Positions 1-12,600 of a stretch of DNA of 64,000 nt are shown here, in pieces. The position numbers and the translations under genes are program-made. Under the pieces are notes generated by a model. The model was not told the DNA's origin. It saw nothing but the letters and a program-made list of their open reading frames with translations, and did no database searches. The stretch lies in assembly GCA_951406725.2 (NCBI GenBank), contig OX597820.1:123752001-123816000 (forward strand). Direction: 5' to 3'. Numbering within the stretch: the stretch's first letter is position 1; every line of letters starts with the position of its first letter. The DNA comes from Octopus vulgaris. Its lineage: Eukaryota.

Positions 1-3000
1 CATCTACGTGCTTTTAAGTATGAGCCCAACTTCAATTACTCGATGCACGCTGACATAAATATTGGGGAAATGTTCTTCAATTGCCAATTCTGCAATGCTA
101 AAATATGGGCTGGGGAACCACCTGCGATGTGCTGCTTAAACGATAAGGTCAGCTTGCCCCCTCTTCGGGAGCTGCCAGACCCTTTGAAGGAATTACTTAC
201 TGGTTCCACCTCAAGGTCATCAAAATTCCTTCAACTCATCAGGAAATACAATTGTGCATTTCAGATGACTTCTTTCGGGGCTAACGTTGTCAGAGAAACT
301 GGTTGGATGCCTACTTTCAAGGTCCAGGGCCAGGTGTACCACCTTATTGGGTCACTCCAGCCACTACAAAATTGCAAACCTTCGTTCCTTCAAATTTATT
401 TTATTACAAATTATAATAGGCAACTTGATTTGCGTTTCGACGTAATTCCACAACATGCAAACACTAACGCTGACAATTTCGACAGGGACGTGCTGCTCAC
501 TCTGCAAAACATGCTTCATGACCACAACAGCTATATTCGCAGTTTCAAATACGCCTTGGAAACAGCCCCTTCACCAACATTCACCATTGTCATCGATGCT
601 GACAAAAGGCCTTCTGGGGAGCACGCGCGGCGATATAACGCTCCTTCGTGCAATGAAGTGGCCATAGTTCTCCATGGTGAACAGCACAAGCAGCGGGACA
701 TAGTTCTTCAAAGCCGCGACAGTGGTCTTCAGCGTATTAATGAGACGCATCGGTCATATGACGCCCTGCAGTATCCCCTTCTTTTTCCGTATGGAGAAGA
801 CGGGTACCATTTCGGCATTCCTCACCACAAACCAAACGAGCCCTCGGCTGCGACATCTAAAACTGTTTCATGTATGGCTTTTTACTCATACCGCTTCATG
901 ACAAGGCATAATGATTTCAACCCCCTGCACAGATCACGGCAACTGTTTCACCAGTTTGCAGTTGACATGGCTGCAAAGATGCAGTCCGAGAGACTGGGCT
1001 TCATCAAATTGAATCAGAAGCAGCTGCGCTCAGACTCATACATCCATTTGCGTGATGGCATCAGGAATGACACTGACGCCCGCAATATCGGCAAAATGTG
1101 CATTCTCCCCTCAACCTATACAGGGGGCCCACGGTACATGCACGAGCGAACACAAGACACTATGACTTACGTTCGGCATTATGGGCGACCCGATTTATTC
1201 ATTACCTTTACATGTAACCCAAAGTGGGTTGAGGTAACGCGAGAACTTCTCCCAGGGCAGCAGTACTGTCATCGCCATGATATTATTGCAAGGGTTTTCA
1301 GGCAGAAACTGGCTAAGCTCATTCTTTTAATAAAAAAAGGCCAGGTTTTTGGGCCTGTTAACTGCCACATGTATACTGTTGAGTGGCAGAAAAGAGGGTT
1401 GCCACATGCGCACATTTTGCTTTGGTTGGTCAACAAAATAGACCCAACAATTCTTGATGATCTCATTGCAGCAGAAATTCCGGACCCAACTGTTGACCGG
1501 CACCTGTACGACATTGTGAAGGCACACATGGTACACGGTCCGTGCGGTCCTGGTTTTCAAAAGTTCTCCTCATGCCACAAAGACCACGTGTGCACTAAAC
1601 GGTACCCAAAGAGGTTCGTGGACGAGACCCAGACCGGCCGCGACGGATACCCAATATACAGAAGAAGGCACCCTGACAATGGTGGATTCACTATAACGTT
1701 ACGGGGTCATCAAGTGGATAATAGGTGGGTAGTGCCGTACTGTCCATTTCTGATGAAAACTTTTAACGCTCACATAAATGTGGAGTTCTGTCATTCAGTC
1801 AAATCTATAAAGTATATATGCAAATATGTTAACAAGGGTTCTGACGCTGCCATGTTTGGCCTTCAAAAGGACAATAGCATGGACGAGGTGTCACAGTACA
1901 TGGCAGGTCGGTACATAAGCAGTGGTGAAGCTTTTGGCGGATATTCGGGTTTCCACTTCACCAAAGGCACCCCGCCATCATACAACTAGCGGTTCATTTG
2001 GAAAATGGCCAACGAATTTACTTTACTGAACAGACTGCAGCTGATTTGGCGGCAAATCCAAAACAAACAACTTTGACCGGTTTCTTTAGGCTTTGCCAAC
2101 TTGACACATTTGCTAAAACACTTTTATACCCTCAGGTCCCGTCCTACTACGTGTGGTCAAACAACAATTGGGTGCGTGGGAAGTCGTGTCAGGATGTTGA
2201 AGGACATCCTGGTGTCAAGTTTAACAGTTGTCTAGGAAGAGTATACACTGTACCTCCAAACCAACATGACTGTTTTCACCTGCGCCTTCTCCTCCATGAG
2301 GTTTTAGGCCCACAAAGTTTTCAAGACATCAGAACTGTTGATGGTGTATTATGTGATACTTTCCGTGAAGCCTGTTTTCGGCGTCGACTTTTGGAGAATG
2401 ATTCACAATGGGGCGCCACTATGGCAGAAGGTGTTTCATTAAAATCTCCTAAAAAAATAAGATCGCTTTTCGCTATTCTATTACTATGGTGTGACTTGGC
2501 TAATCCCGCCTCTTTATGGCTTACCTACAAAGATGATATGTCTGAAGATTTCCTGCATCACGCTCAATCGCTACATCCATCAATGGAGGTCGGGTACACT
2601 GACCTCATTTACAACAGGGCGCTGCTTGAAATCGAAGATACTGTACTCGATATGGGCGGTAGTGCCTTGCTGGTCTATGGCCTACCTTCAACAAACCGGG
2701 AAGGCACAAACACCCTGTCTTCACATTTGCTGCGTGACATGTTTTAATGTTGACGAGCTTGCCGAGTACATAGCCGACAATGAGCCAAAGCTCATTCCAG
2801 AACAGAAGTTCGCTTACAACTCCGTTGTTAATTCAGTCCGGGCCAAAGCTGGGGACATTTTTTTCCTGGACGCTCCTGGGGGCACTGGGAAAACTTTTGT
2901 CAACAAATTAATATTGGCTGAGATTAGGCGAACACAAGGCATTGCCCTAGCTGTGGCATCATCTGGAATTGCGGCTACTTTGTTGCCAGGCGGCAGGACA

Positions 3001-4984
3001 GCTCATTCCACTTTCAAAATCCCACTTGACTTAGCGAAGACTGAGACACCAACTTGCAACATCAGTAACAGCTCCGATCAGGCAGAAGTCTTCAGACGAT
3101 GCAAGCTTATCGTTTGGGATGAATGCACGATGGCCCACAGAGGTGCTCTTAAGGCACTAGATAGATCTCTCAGAGACATCAAACACTCTTCAGCTCCCAT
3201 GGGAGGCATAACACTTCTTCTTTCAGGGGACTTCCGACAAACACTTCCCGTTATTCCCAAAGGGACTAGAGCTGATGCTGTAAGTGCGTGTCTTAAGTCA
3301 TCCACATTGTGGCCACTGGTGAAGACTCTCAAACTTCACACCAATATGCGACGTGATATCACATCAGCAGCATTTTCTCACACCCTCCTTGCACTTGGCG
3401 AAGGCAAAATACCAGGGGATGAAAATGGTAATATTGCCATCGATTCCATTTGTACCATTGTTAACACGCCTTCTGATCTCAGAGATGCAGTCTTCCCAGA
3501 TCTACAAGCTAATTATCAGAATATGGATTGGATTGGCCAAAGGGCTATTCTGGCCCCGAGGAATAAAACTGTTCACCATATTAATGATGAAATGCTAAAA
3601 CTCATTCACGGGGATGTCTATGTATATAAGTCTATTGATAGAACTCCTGACCCAGACGACGTCATCAATTATCCAATAGAGGTACTCAATTCCTTTGAGC
3701 CCCCCGGACTACCACCACACATTCTCAAACTTAAAGTTGGTGCCCCTATAATGCTCATTAGAAATTTGGTTCCTCCAAAACAATGTAATGGCACACGTTT
3801 GATCGTTAAGTCCTTATCTCCCAATCTGATTGAGGCCACCATTATCACAGGGTGCGGTCGAGGCAACGTTGTGCTCATACCTAGGATGCATCTTTTCCCA
3901 TCAGGAGCAGACCTACCTTTCATATTTCGGAGGTCCCAGTTCCCAGTAAGGCCATGTTTCGCAATGTCAATTAACAAAGCGCAGGGTCAAACACTGTCTG
4001 TGGCAGGAATACATTTGGGAGAGCCATGTTTCTCTCATGGTTAGCTTTATGTTGGCTGCTCACGTGTCGGCAGCAACAGTGATGCTTTCGCATTCCTTCC
4101 ACAACGAAAAACAAAAAACATTGTGTACAAGGAGGTTTTATAGGATTACTACGTTTCATCATTTTCAAACACGTTAGTATTTCACTTACATACGACTCTC
4201 TTTTATGACGGCATTTACATTTCTAGGCGTTTCATTACATTAATTCACACTTAACCAACACCTGTCCTTCGCTCAACTCTATTTCTATCCATTCATCATC
4301 AAACCACCAGCCTCATCTTCTATATCCAACGTACATGACACATCTATCCCCTACATCTACACTCTCATTGTTAAAGTTTACATGAGCGACAACACGATCG
4401 CAACATACACTTTCGAAACTAATCAACAGATCATTTTATACAACAACAAATTTAATCAAAACGCCCATCAATGAAAACATCTCCACCACTGTATTGTGAT
4501 TCACCTAATCAGCACCACTACAGTCTTGCCGGTCTGACATATGGTGAGTAGATGCTATTGTTCTATATTTTATAAATTACACATATTTACTTACCCATGC
4601 TTCATTCCTCTCTTGCCTACATATGAAATCCACTCTCTTTTAACACAGCATCAAGTTTTGTAACAGCACATCCGCTGCCGTTCGTGCAAAACGAAGAGAC
4701 CCTATTCACCTGCGAACGTTTTACATCGCCTTCCACAACTATCAAATTCTTACAATTATGAGAACAATAACATGGCTCATTTCAAGGCAACCTCACATTC
4801 AATTCTTACACCATTCTACGAGGGGGTAGGAACACCTTTACATGGCTTTCTATACACTTACAAATACATTCATTCGCCGTGAACTTATATCAATATTTGC
4901 CTGAATAATCATCATAATTCAGTGCAATCATTAACAGTACTTTCAAGCAATTCAGCCCCGAGCAACGCCGGGCAATTCAGCTAG
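1..4984 (+). mobile_element. Helitron (rolling-circle transposon), 5' end outside the window, 3' terminus intact
   Basis: RepHel coding region 1-4143. Subterminal GC hairpin CCCGAGCAACGCCGGG (4957-4972) followed by CTAG (4981-4984) and a T, the canonical Helitron 3' end. Confidence 0.95.
43..4143 (+). pseudogene. Helitron RepHel protein (Zn-finger + HUH Rep + PIF1 helicase), disrupted by two frameshifts and one stop
   Basis: CQFC...MCC Zn motif. Rep motifs GRPDLFITFTCNPKW, VEWQKRGLPHAHIL and KYICKYVNKG. PIF1 motifs LDAPGGTGKT, IVWDECTM, LSGDFRQTLPV and QFPVRPCFAMSINKAQGQT. Lesions: 1-bp deletion at ~1932-1935, 2-bp deletion at ~2737, and TAG at 4042-4044 in place of Q in FSHGQLYV. The frame continues to TKNIVYKEVL* at 4143. 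Confidence 0.95.
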
Positions 4985-4996
4985 TATATATATATT

Positions 4997-5935
4997 TGTG
5001 AGTTGAAAATCAGATAGTAGAAGCAGAAACTGCCGTCTCAACCTCACTTAAGCCTGATATCGTACTAATTTCAGAAACATTAAAGCAGGTTGTTCTTATG
5101 GAACTGTTCCTTTCTTGGTAGAACCACATCAAGGAGCCAGTTCAGAGTACGAAAAAGGAAATATCAAAGCAATAGGTGCCAAGCAAGGTGCTATCCCATC
5201 GAGGTGGAATGTTGAGGTTTGCCAAGTCTTCTCAGAGCTTAGAATATGCTTGACGTCACCGGAACCTATGTGTAGAAGGCCACCAGGCTGGTTGTGGCGG
5301 GGAAATTGTCTAAAGGTGGTTGTGGTCAAAGAGGTGTTCGTCATGGAAGCGGTATTGCTACCAGTGTAATACTAAGCGGATATTTTATCAAGACTATATA
5401 TGAGGCCTGGGCCAAGGTATCTGAAATTGAAAGTAAATGAAGCACCTAATATATATACTTCTTTACTACCCACAGGGGGCTGAACATAGAGGGGACAAAC
5501 GAGGACAGAAAAAGAGATTAAGTCGATTACATCGACCCAGTGCGGAAATTAGTACTTTATTTATAGACTCCGCGAGGATGAAAGGCAAAGTCGACCTTGG
5601 CGGAATTCGAAGTCAGAACGTAACGACAGACGAAATACCTGTTTCTTTATTGCCCACAAGGGGCTAAACATAGAGGGGACAAACAAGGACAGACAAACGG
5701 ATTAAGTCGATTACATCGATCCCAGTGCGTATCTGGTACTTAATTTATCGACCCCGAAAGGATGAAAGGCAAAGTCGACCTCGGCGAAATTTGAACTTAG
5801 AACGCAACGACAGACGAAATACCGCTAAGCATTTTGCCCGGCGCGCTAACGTTTCTGCCAGCTCGCCGCCTTAGCACCTAATATATAACCCAAGGAAACC
5901 TCACTGATGGTGTATCCAGGTTCATCACTGGATGA
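4997..5935 (+). mobile_element. 3' fragment of an RLE-type non-LTR retrotransposon (HERO-like), split by a SINE insertion
   Basis: 5041-5136 translates as TSLKPDIVLISETLKQVVLMELFLSW*NHIKE, followed by ...KY... and CYPIEVEC*GF and WLWR. This is the PD-(D/E)xK restriction-like endonuclease pattern of HERO/R2-group elements. Probable 3' UTR resumes after 5887. Confidence 0.7.
5456..5872 (-). mobile_element. tRNA-derived SINE family A, tandem dimer (full copy plus 5'-truncated copy)
   Basis: Minus strand starts GGCGGCGAGCTGGCAGAAACGTTAGC, has a B-box-like GTTCAAATT and core GACTTTGCCTTTCATCCTTTCGGGGTCGATAAATTAAGTACCAG. A 15-bp TSD AGCACCTAATATATA lies at 5441-5455 and 5873-5887. Confidence 0.9.
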
Positions 5936-6319
5936 TATCCGGAAAAAAAGTTTAAACATTTGAGTAATGCACAAATGTAAACACTTTGTCTTTATATACA
6001 TCTTCGTAGCCAGATTAGTTCTAATACTATATTTGAAATTCTCTGTACAATTGTATACCTTCATTAATTGTCTATTATGACATTATAAAGACTGTATCAC
6101 GAAGTACAAGCTAAAATCGATTTCGACATAAATTGCAATTTTGGCAGCCAGTTTGGTTATTACTACTTGTGTGCTAAAAGTACTTTGCTTTAGTGGTTTT
6201 ATGTTAGCCAAAGGTGTATGAAGACAAGGTTTTTACATTCATCTTTTGTATTCAGTATTTGCGTTATTTATTATATTGTCTACTCGTAACTAACACCATG
6301 TTAACACTGCAATGTTCAT

Positions 6320-6323
6320 GCGT

Positions 6324-6366
<43 letters not shown>

Positions 6367-6461
6367 TTACATATATATGTATGTATGTATGTATGTGTGA
6401 GTGTGGTTGTGAGTATGTTTGTGTATGCGTGTGAATAGGTAATAAGTTAGTTTATTTATGC

Positions 6462-6493
<32 letters not shown>

Positions 6494-6762
6494 TCATAGA
6501 CATGCCAGTCCATGAATATACATATAGATATACGTATACATATGTACTTATATATATATATAGAGAGAGAGAGGGGGAAGTCACATATATATGTGTGTAT
6601 AAATGTATATATATATCTACATACATACATATATATAATACATATATACATACATACATATATATATATAAACACATACTCATATATAGGCATACATGTA
6701 CTTCTGTGTGTATGGAAATGTATAAATACATAGTCATATCTGCAAAGACACACACATATATT
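6320..6762. repeat. Compound (TA)n/(TATG)n/(CA)n microsatellite
   Basis: Direct reading of the sequence. Confidence 0.9.
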
Positions 6763-9700
6763 CCAGAAGTATACTAAGTACACATTTTGAACTAACTACA
6801 ATGATAAATCACGTTCTCACTAAGAAATATGAAAACCTAAAACTATCTCTACTTTACAACTGCACTTAACTTTAAGCGTTACAATATAGCCGATGGATAA
6901 ATGAAATAGAATTAAAACAAAATACTATTAATATAAATGAAAACCTAAGAACAAACAAAAGAATACTAGTTCTTTGGTTTGAACACTTCAGTTGTGCAAG
7001 GAGCGAAAATTATATCAATTTTTAAAACCAGTGGAATGTAATAAGAAATACAAAAAAAACCTCTATTCTGATAAACGCCCACAGTAATTGCGTATTTTTA
7101 AATTTTCTACAATTTTCATATCTTTAAAAATATAACGCTAAAATAAATCAGATGAATTCGAAATCATGTGAAATTCACAATGTTCAGAAAGCATATCTTT
7201 ACACAAACCTGAATCGCGAACGTTCTGTATGACGAAAAAATAAATCAAGTTGTGTGTGCAGTTTTGATATTAAGGAACCGGGGATAAAAAAACAAAACAA
7301 AAAAAAAAACTACAATTAAAGGCAGGGTGCCTTAAAAATAACGCTATTGAAAACAGTTATATAATACTAGCTGAAACGAAGTTTTCTAAATTATTCGATA
7401 AAAAGTAATGTTCACTATACACGGTGGGAAAAAGAAGAAAAAGTAAAATAGCAAATAGGGTTTGAAATACACTAGACAATGAAAGAGTAAGCCACTGAAT
7501 AAAAATGTCAGAGTGAGATTTAAAATATCGATGAAGGAATAATATACTAACGATGAAAAACCAATAACACAAGACAAATATTTTACATGATTCAAGCAAA
7601 AACACCGCATTAAAAGGCAATAAATTAAGAACTGAAAGCGAAAAAACAAAAAAGGTTTACGAAAACGTAAATTACAAATGATGCAAATTATTAACTGAAA
7701 CATCGCTTATAAGTGTATCGCGAAATAATGTCGTTGAAATAATTAACTCATAGCTAATGAGCTAATCCTGGGAGAAGATATCAAACTATACCCTGTTGTA
7801 GAGTTTTGATTGTGACGTCACTCCTACTGCCAGCTATATTATGTTCGTTGTTTGTAGTTGTCAAAGACGTTCGTTATTGGTCAAATAGCAGAAAATGGTC
7901 GAGCGACTATAGGCAAATAAGATTAGAAGAGCTAGTTCATAGGTATAAATTATTCATGCCCACTTGTGTGCGGATATGCCCTCATGTCACGTGAACTCGT
8001 CCCGTGGTAAAGGGTTAAATATTATTTTGCCTTAAGAAATAATCTTAGGAATGGAAGAGTGTTAGAAGAGAGTCAGTTGTAATTTAACACGTAATGGGAA
8101 TCTTCTTCTATATCTTCCCCAAATAATATCGCATATCTTCAGATTTCTCTGATAACTAACGCCTGTAGGTATAACACACACAAAATACATTAACTTAATA
8201 AGTAAGATTAGCGCGCTTTTCAAGACAAAAATGCAATCGAATATGGTTTCCAGAATATCTACTTAGAATACGTTGGTGACAAATATATTAAATATTGGCT
8301 GTCAAGAATATAAAAATAACTTTTTAAAATAACTTTTTAAATAACTAAAGTTCTGTGTTCAAGTGTCATCACTCAATTAATCCCTGTCAACAGTGAATTC
8401 TTGTTACAATATATATCATACATATATATCATGTCGAAGTCAAACAAATGAAGATGCTTCACATTGAAAACGAAATAGAGTTTAATGAGAGAAACACAGG
8501 TAAAAGGGGTAATAATTAAGGGAAGCGATGTGTGCTTTTAGGGATAGTTTTTCTCTCAGTTCGTTTCTGGCCGAGATTACCCGCACTGCTCGTTCACCTC
8601 TTTCCTTTTCCTATCCACTAGGTCTGACTTGAACTAGAAACCTGTACATTAACAATATCTATACTCTAGAGCTCCACACGATTTGGTCGAATTGTATTAG
8701 TTTCTTTACGTGCTCAGTTGCAATCTCACCGAATTTACTGTAATTGTTAGACCGCATACCTCTAATATCGCACAGACTACATATCTTCCATAATTTCTGA
8801 TATCCCATGGTGAAATTTTCCGTATATTATGACCGTATATTGTCCGCGACCACATCTTAGAGATGCTAACTTGTCGAATAGATTCTGCTAAATTAAGCCG
8901 TTCAGCCGGATCAATTCCCAGATTCTGTTTATTGTAGTGTCAAGTTGATAATGTCAGGCCTAAAACTTGTTGCTCTTTGGTATCCACCAAGAATAGATTT
9001 AAACAGGTTTAAATAGATCAAACGTCCAACAAAGTAACATTTGTTGTCGATCAAGTATACGATGTATGGCATAAGGTAAAGTTTATCGTGGATAGATATA
9101 GGGGAGCTAAACCACGGACATCAAGTGCCAACACATTACGACGGTCGATTCGAAAATCTGTAACTCAATAACCTCTGTTCGGCCTGTTCCTCGGGAGCGT
9201 CACACACTGTCTTCGGCTCACACAACGTTAAATGTTCGAATTCTTCTGCTAGTTAGAATCGGCAACTAACAAAACAACAACGAACGTGTCTAACACGCAA
9301 AGTAGATACTACAGTTCCGGTAGCATTGGCAGCAGCTGGAGGGGATTATCAGATATGTTGAGAGTTTGCACGATTAACAAATTGTCGGAACAAATCAAGT
9401 GCGGCTCGCACAACACTACAACGATCCTCTCTAGCTATACCAAGAAGCCAGAGACCACTAAAGTGTATGATATCCAGCTCAGTAGAACACAGAATTTATA
9501 TACCAGTTAACCTTGAGAGATGCCTTAAGAAAGACTAGGGTTCAGCTCTCCCTGTGTACTTATTGAGCCCCCTGACATCATATCCAGAATTTCTACGTCC
9601 TGGCTCTCATAGATGGAACCTTAACAGTTGCTACTACTCCAAAATTCAAAGTAGAGCTGGAAACAATACTGGCGAGGAGGTGTTTCCATACTCCTTAAAA

Positions 9701-12494
9701 CCGAACTCCTGCACCTGAGCTCCGCTACCGGTTTATATATACTGCCCTATTCGCTTCCCTCCCTTGATCACCTGTCTGTGATTATTATCCCACTTTTATA
9801 GATCCAGTACCTTGCGTCCTTTCCAAGGCTGATCTGCTTTAAGCTGCTTGCAACCTTGGTAACATAATAACCATTGTGTTTCATTTGTCGCTATTTTCAA
9901 AAGTACTACTCTTGTTGCTTGCTGCAATAAAATCTTTGCTTTTCGTAGTAGTGGTCTAAATGTTCTTGTTACTAGTGCTAGTATCTGCAACGATGCTAGA
10001 GTTGTGTCTGTTCGTACTTCTATTTTCTTTGGCTCTACTTCCAATATTGTTGCTAAAGCGAATTTATTTACAGTGATGTGTATATGGAGGCTATTGCTAA
10101 TAGTATCATTCTTCGCCATGTTGTTCACGTTGTTGGTTGGATTTTTGAGTGGCTAGTTTTGTCACAGTCATTTTGTGATGGCAACCTCGCTTTGCCTTCT
10201 CTCACCGAGATGGTATTTCATGTTGTTACACACGCTATTGTGTTTCTCATATGCGAATGACACTTCATTCTCCGTTTTAGGACGGTAAAATATGGTTAAT
10301 ATGCAATTCAAATGGCTACTAACGTTCCACATTTCTCTTTTACAGTACACACTGCTAAATATTCTCAGTTTAGGAAATGGTAATTTGAATTAACGCAATG
10401 AGAAATTAGCCATATTTCAAGTAGTAAGCAAACAAAATCTTCATAGTTGAATTGAATCTACGACATGCAGTTCAATGCCTCATTAATAATACGTTTTATT
10501 TAATCCCCCGACAAATATAGTTTGAAAAGTCAGTGAGCCACTTGTCAGAGACAACAATAGTTCCTTACTATTATTTATTAAATCATCGAAAGATTGAACC
10601 GAATTTTAAACCACAGTATGATCAAATTTTCCATCTTATTGTGACAAAGCTAAATAGAACACTACAATTAGTACTACACTTTATTTTTTGTCAGAAAACA
10701 TTCTTTCCAATTGTAAATTATATTAAAATTTGCTGATTATTATTAATTAACTCTTGTAATTCACATAAACAGCGACCGATTTTTGATCGAAAATGTCAGT
10801 GATTCCTCCAGATTACATAATGTGGTGATATTATCCAGAGACCTTTCTGCTTTATTGCGTTATCCAATTGTGTGAGCAATATATTCAATAGTCTGCGAGT
10901 CTGTGATCTTCCTCCATGATGACCTAAAACAACAATCGGCCATATATTTCTCATAAGGCTGAACATATCCTTCTATTGAAGTGTCTTTTCACAAACTGTT
11001 CATTTCCGGTATTAGTCAGAATGCTTAGCTAATCAAACATCGAAGAAACAACTTGAGACAGAAAATTAACATTGTTTTGCGAAGCCTCCAGTGCTTTACA
11101 TTTGTTTACGTTCTCCCTTAGATAATCAGACATGTTTTAGTATTGGAATATGTCGTCATAAAATACAGAAGTTTTTATAATATCGTGCAGAATTAATTAC
11201 ATTGAAATGAACTATTATTTCTGCCATTATTGTACTAGATCCAGCAGCACAAGTTTATTACCAGAGCAGAATCCAATCGATCTATCTGTTTGAACGCTGA
11301 TCAAAGATATTTGATGAAATACTCTTTATCCCTGGAAATTAAATTTCTCTCATTCTCTTGCACGCTCATGTTTACCCTTTTTTAAAACATTTTTCGATTT
11401 ATTGGTCAAAGGAATATTCATAATCTTTTATTCCATTCGAGATGAGATTGAATCATATGATTATTGTTCAACCAAAGCATATCTGACATTTTGTACTGTA
11501 TTGTACTTAGTCACCAACACTTTAAGTTTGCTACGTCGTTCAATTCCCTATTGCCGACTATTCATAGCAGAATATTGCTTCACTCTAAACCCGGAGGAGT
11601 GGGGCGATGCGCAGGGAATTAAAAACATTCTCCTTGACATGTTATTCCATACTCCTTACACAACGAAAGCTAACAAACCAGAAACCCCAAAGTGTGTAAC
11701 TTACTCTAAGGTATTGGTTGGTAACGAATACTGCACGCAATAGATGGAGAGTGTCACCTCGCATGTTGTAATGCTTTCAAGTTTTTATCTTCCAAACAAC
11801 AGATTTAGACTGAACATATTTCATTTCACAAAAGAAAGTAACGCTAGCATTTAAATAAATAGTTTCTCATAGCCCAACACTTCTCACCTTATACTTAATA
11901 ATGCTGAAACCGCTTCTCACTACTTCACGATCATGCACAATCATTTAAGAGACAATCAAACTTTATCAGTTTTCAACAGACGTTAGTTCATCATCATTCA
12001 TTATTAAAAATAAAACAAACAACACGGAAGTTTACATGTCACTGTTAATAAATTTTGGACTTTAAAGAAACGTTTAGATATGTGCACGAATAGAAAGTTG
12101 TTTCCTGGAAATGTGCGAATACAAAGGAAACTCTGTATACATTCGTATTCACCTTATTGCAAACATATTTAGCTTTGACTGGTTTTGTCCTTTGCGATGA
12201 TAAAAATTAAGTACTACAGTTTAGGTATTCCAGCTCTGAAATTAATTTTTAGTTACGATTTTCAGCAATTTGTAGTTTGTCGTAAAGACGGCAAGAACAA
12301 ATAACATAAATTTGAAACATAAGATAATTTAGCTTAAATTATTGTTGTGGTTGATATCTACACCAGTAATCATTTAAACCTGATATTTATTTCATCAGTA
12401 TGTATTAAAGGAATAGTTTCACAACTTTTGGCGTAAACTAGGAAGACTAGTTTTTTTTAAGGGAGATGGAAATCAGTTACACTAACTAGTATTT

Positions 12495-12600
12495 GATCAA
12501 AAGGATGAAGGACAAAGTCGACCTCTGCGTAGTTTAAACCCAAAACGTACAGTCAAACGTAATGTTACTAAGCATTTTACACAGAGTACTTTCTCGCCAC
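12495..12600 (-). mobile_element. Degenerate SINE family A fragment
   Basis: AAAGGATGAAGGACAAAGTCGACCTC...TAAGCATTTT...TCGCCAC matches the family A copy at 5750-5870. Confidence 0.65.

Noticed and set aside
7743-8018. Possible piggyBac-type MITE (ends AAAGGGTTAA)
   Set aside because: No convincing matching left TIR (TTAACCC) was found.
9300-9800. GC-richer segment with a minus-strand TATATAAA, resembling a solo LTR
   Set aside because: No TG...CA termini, TSD, PBS or second copy could be identified.
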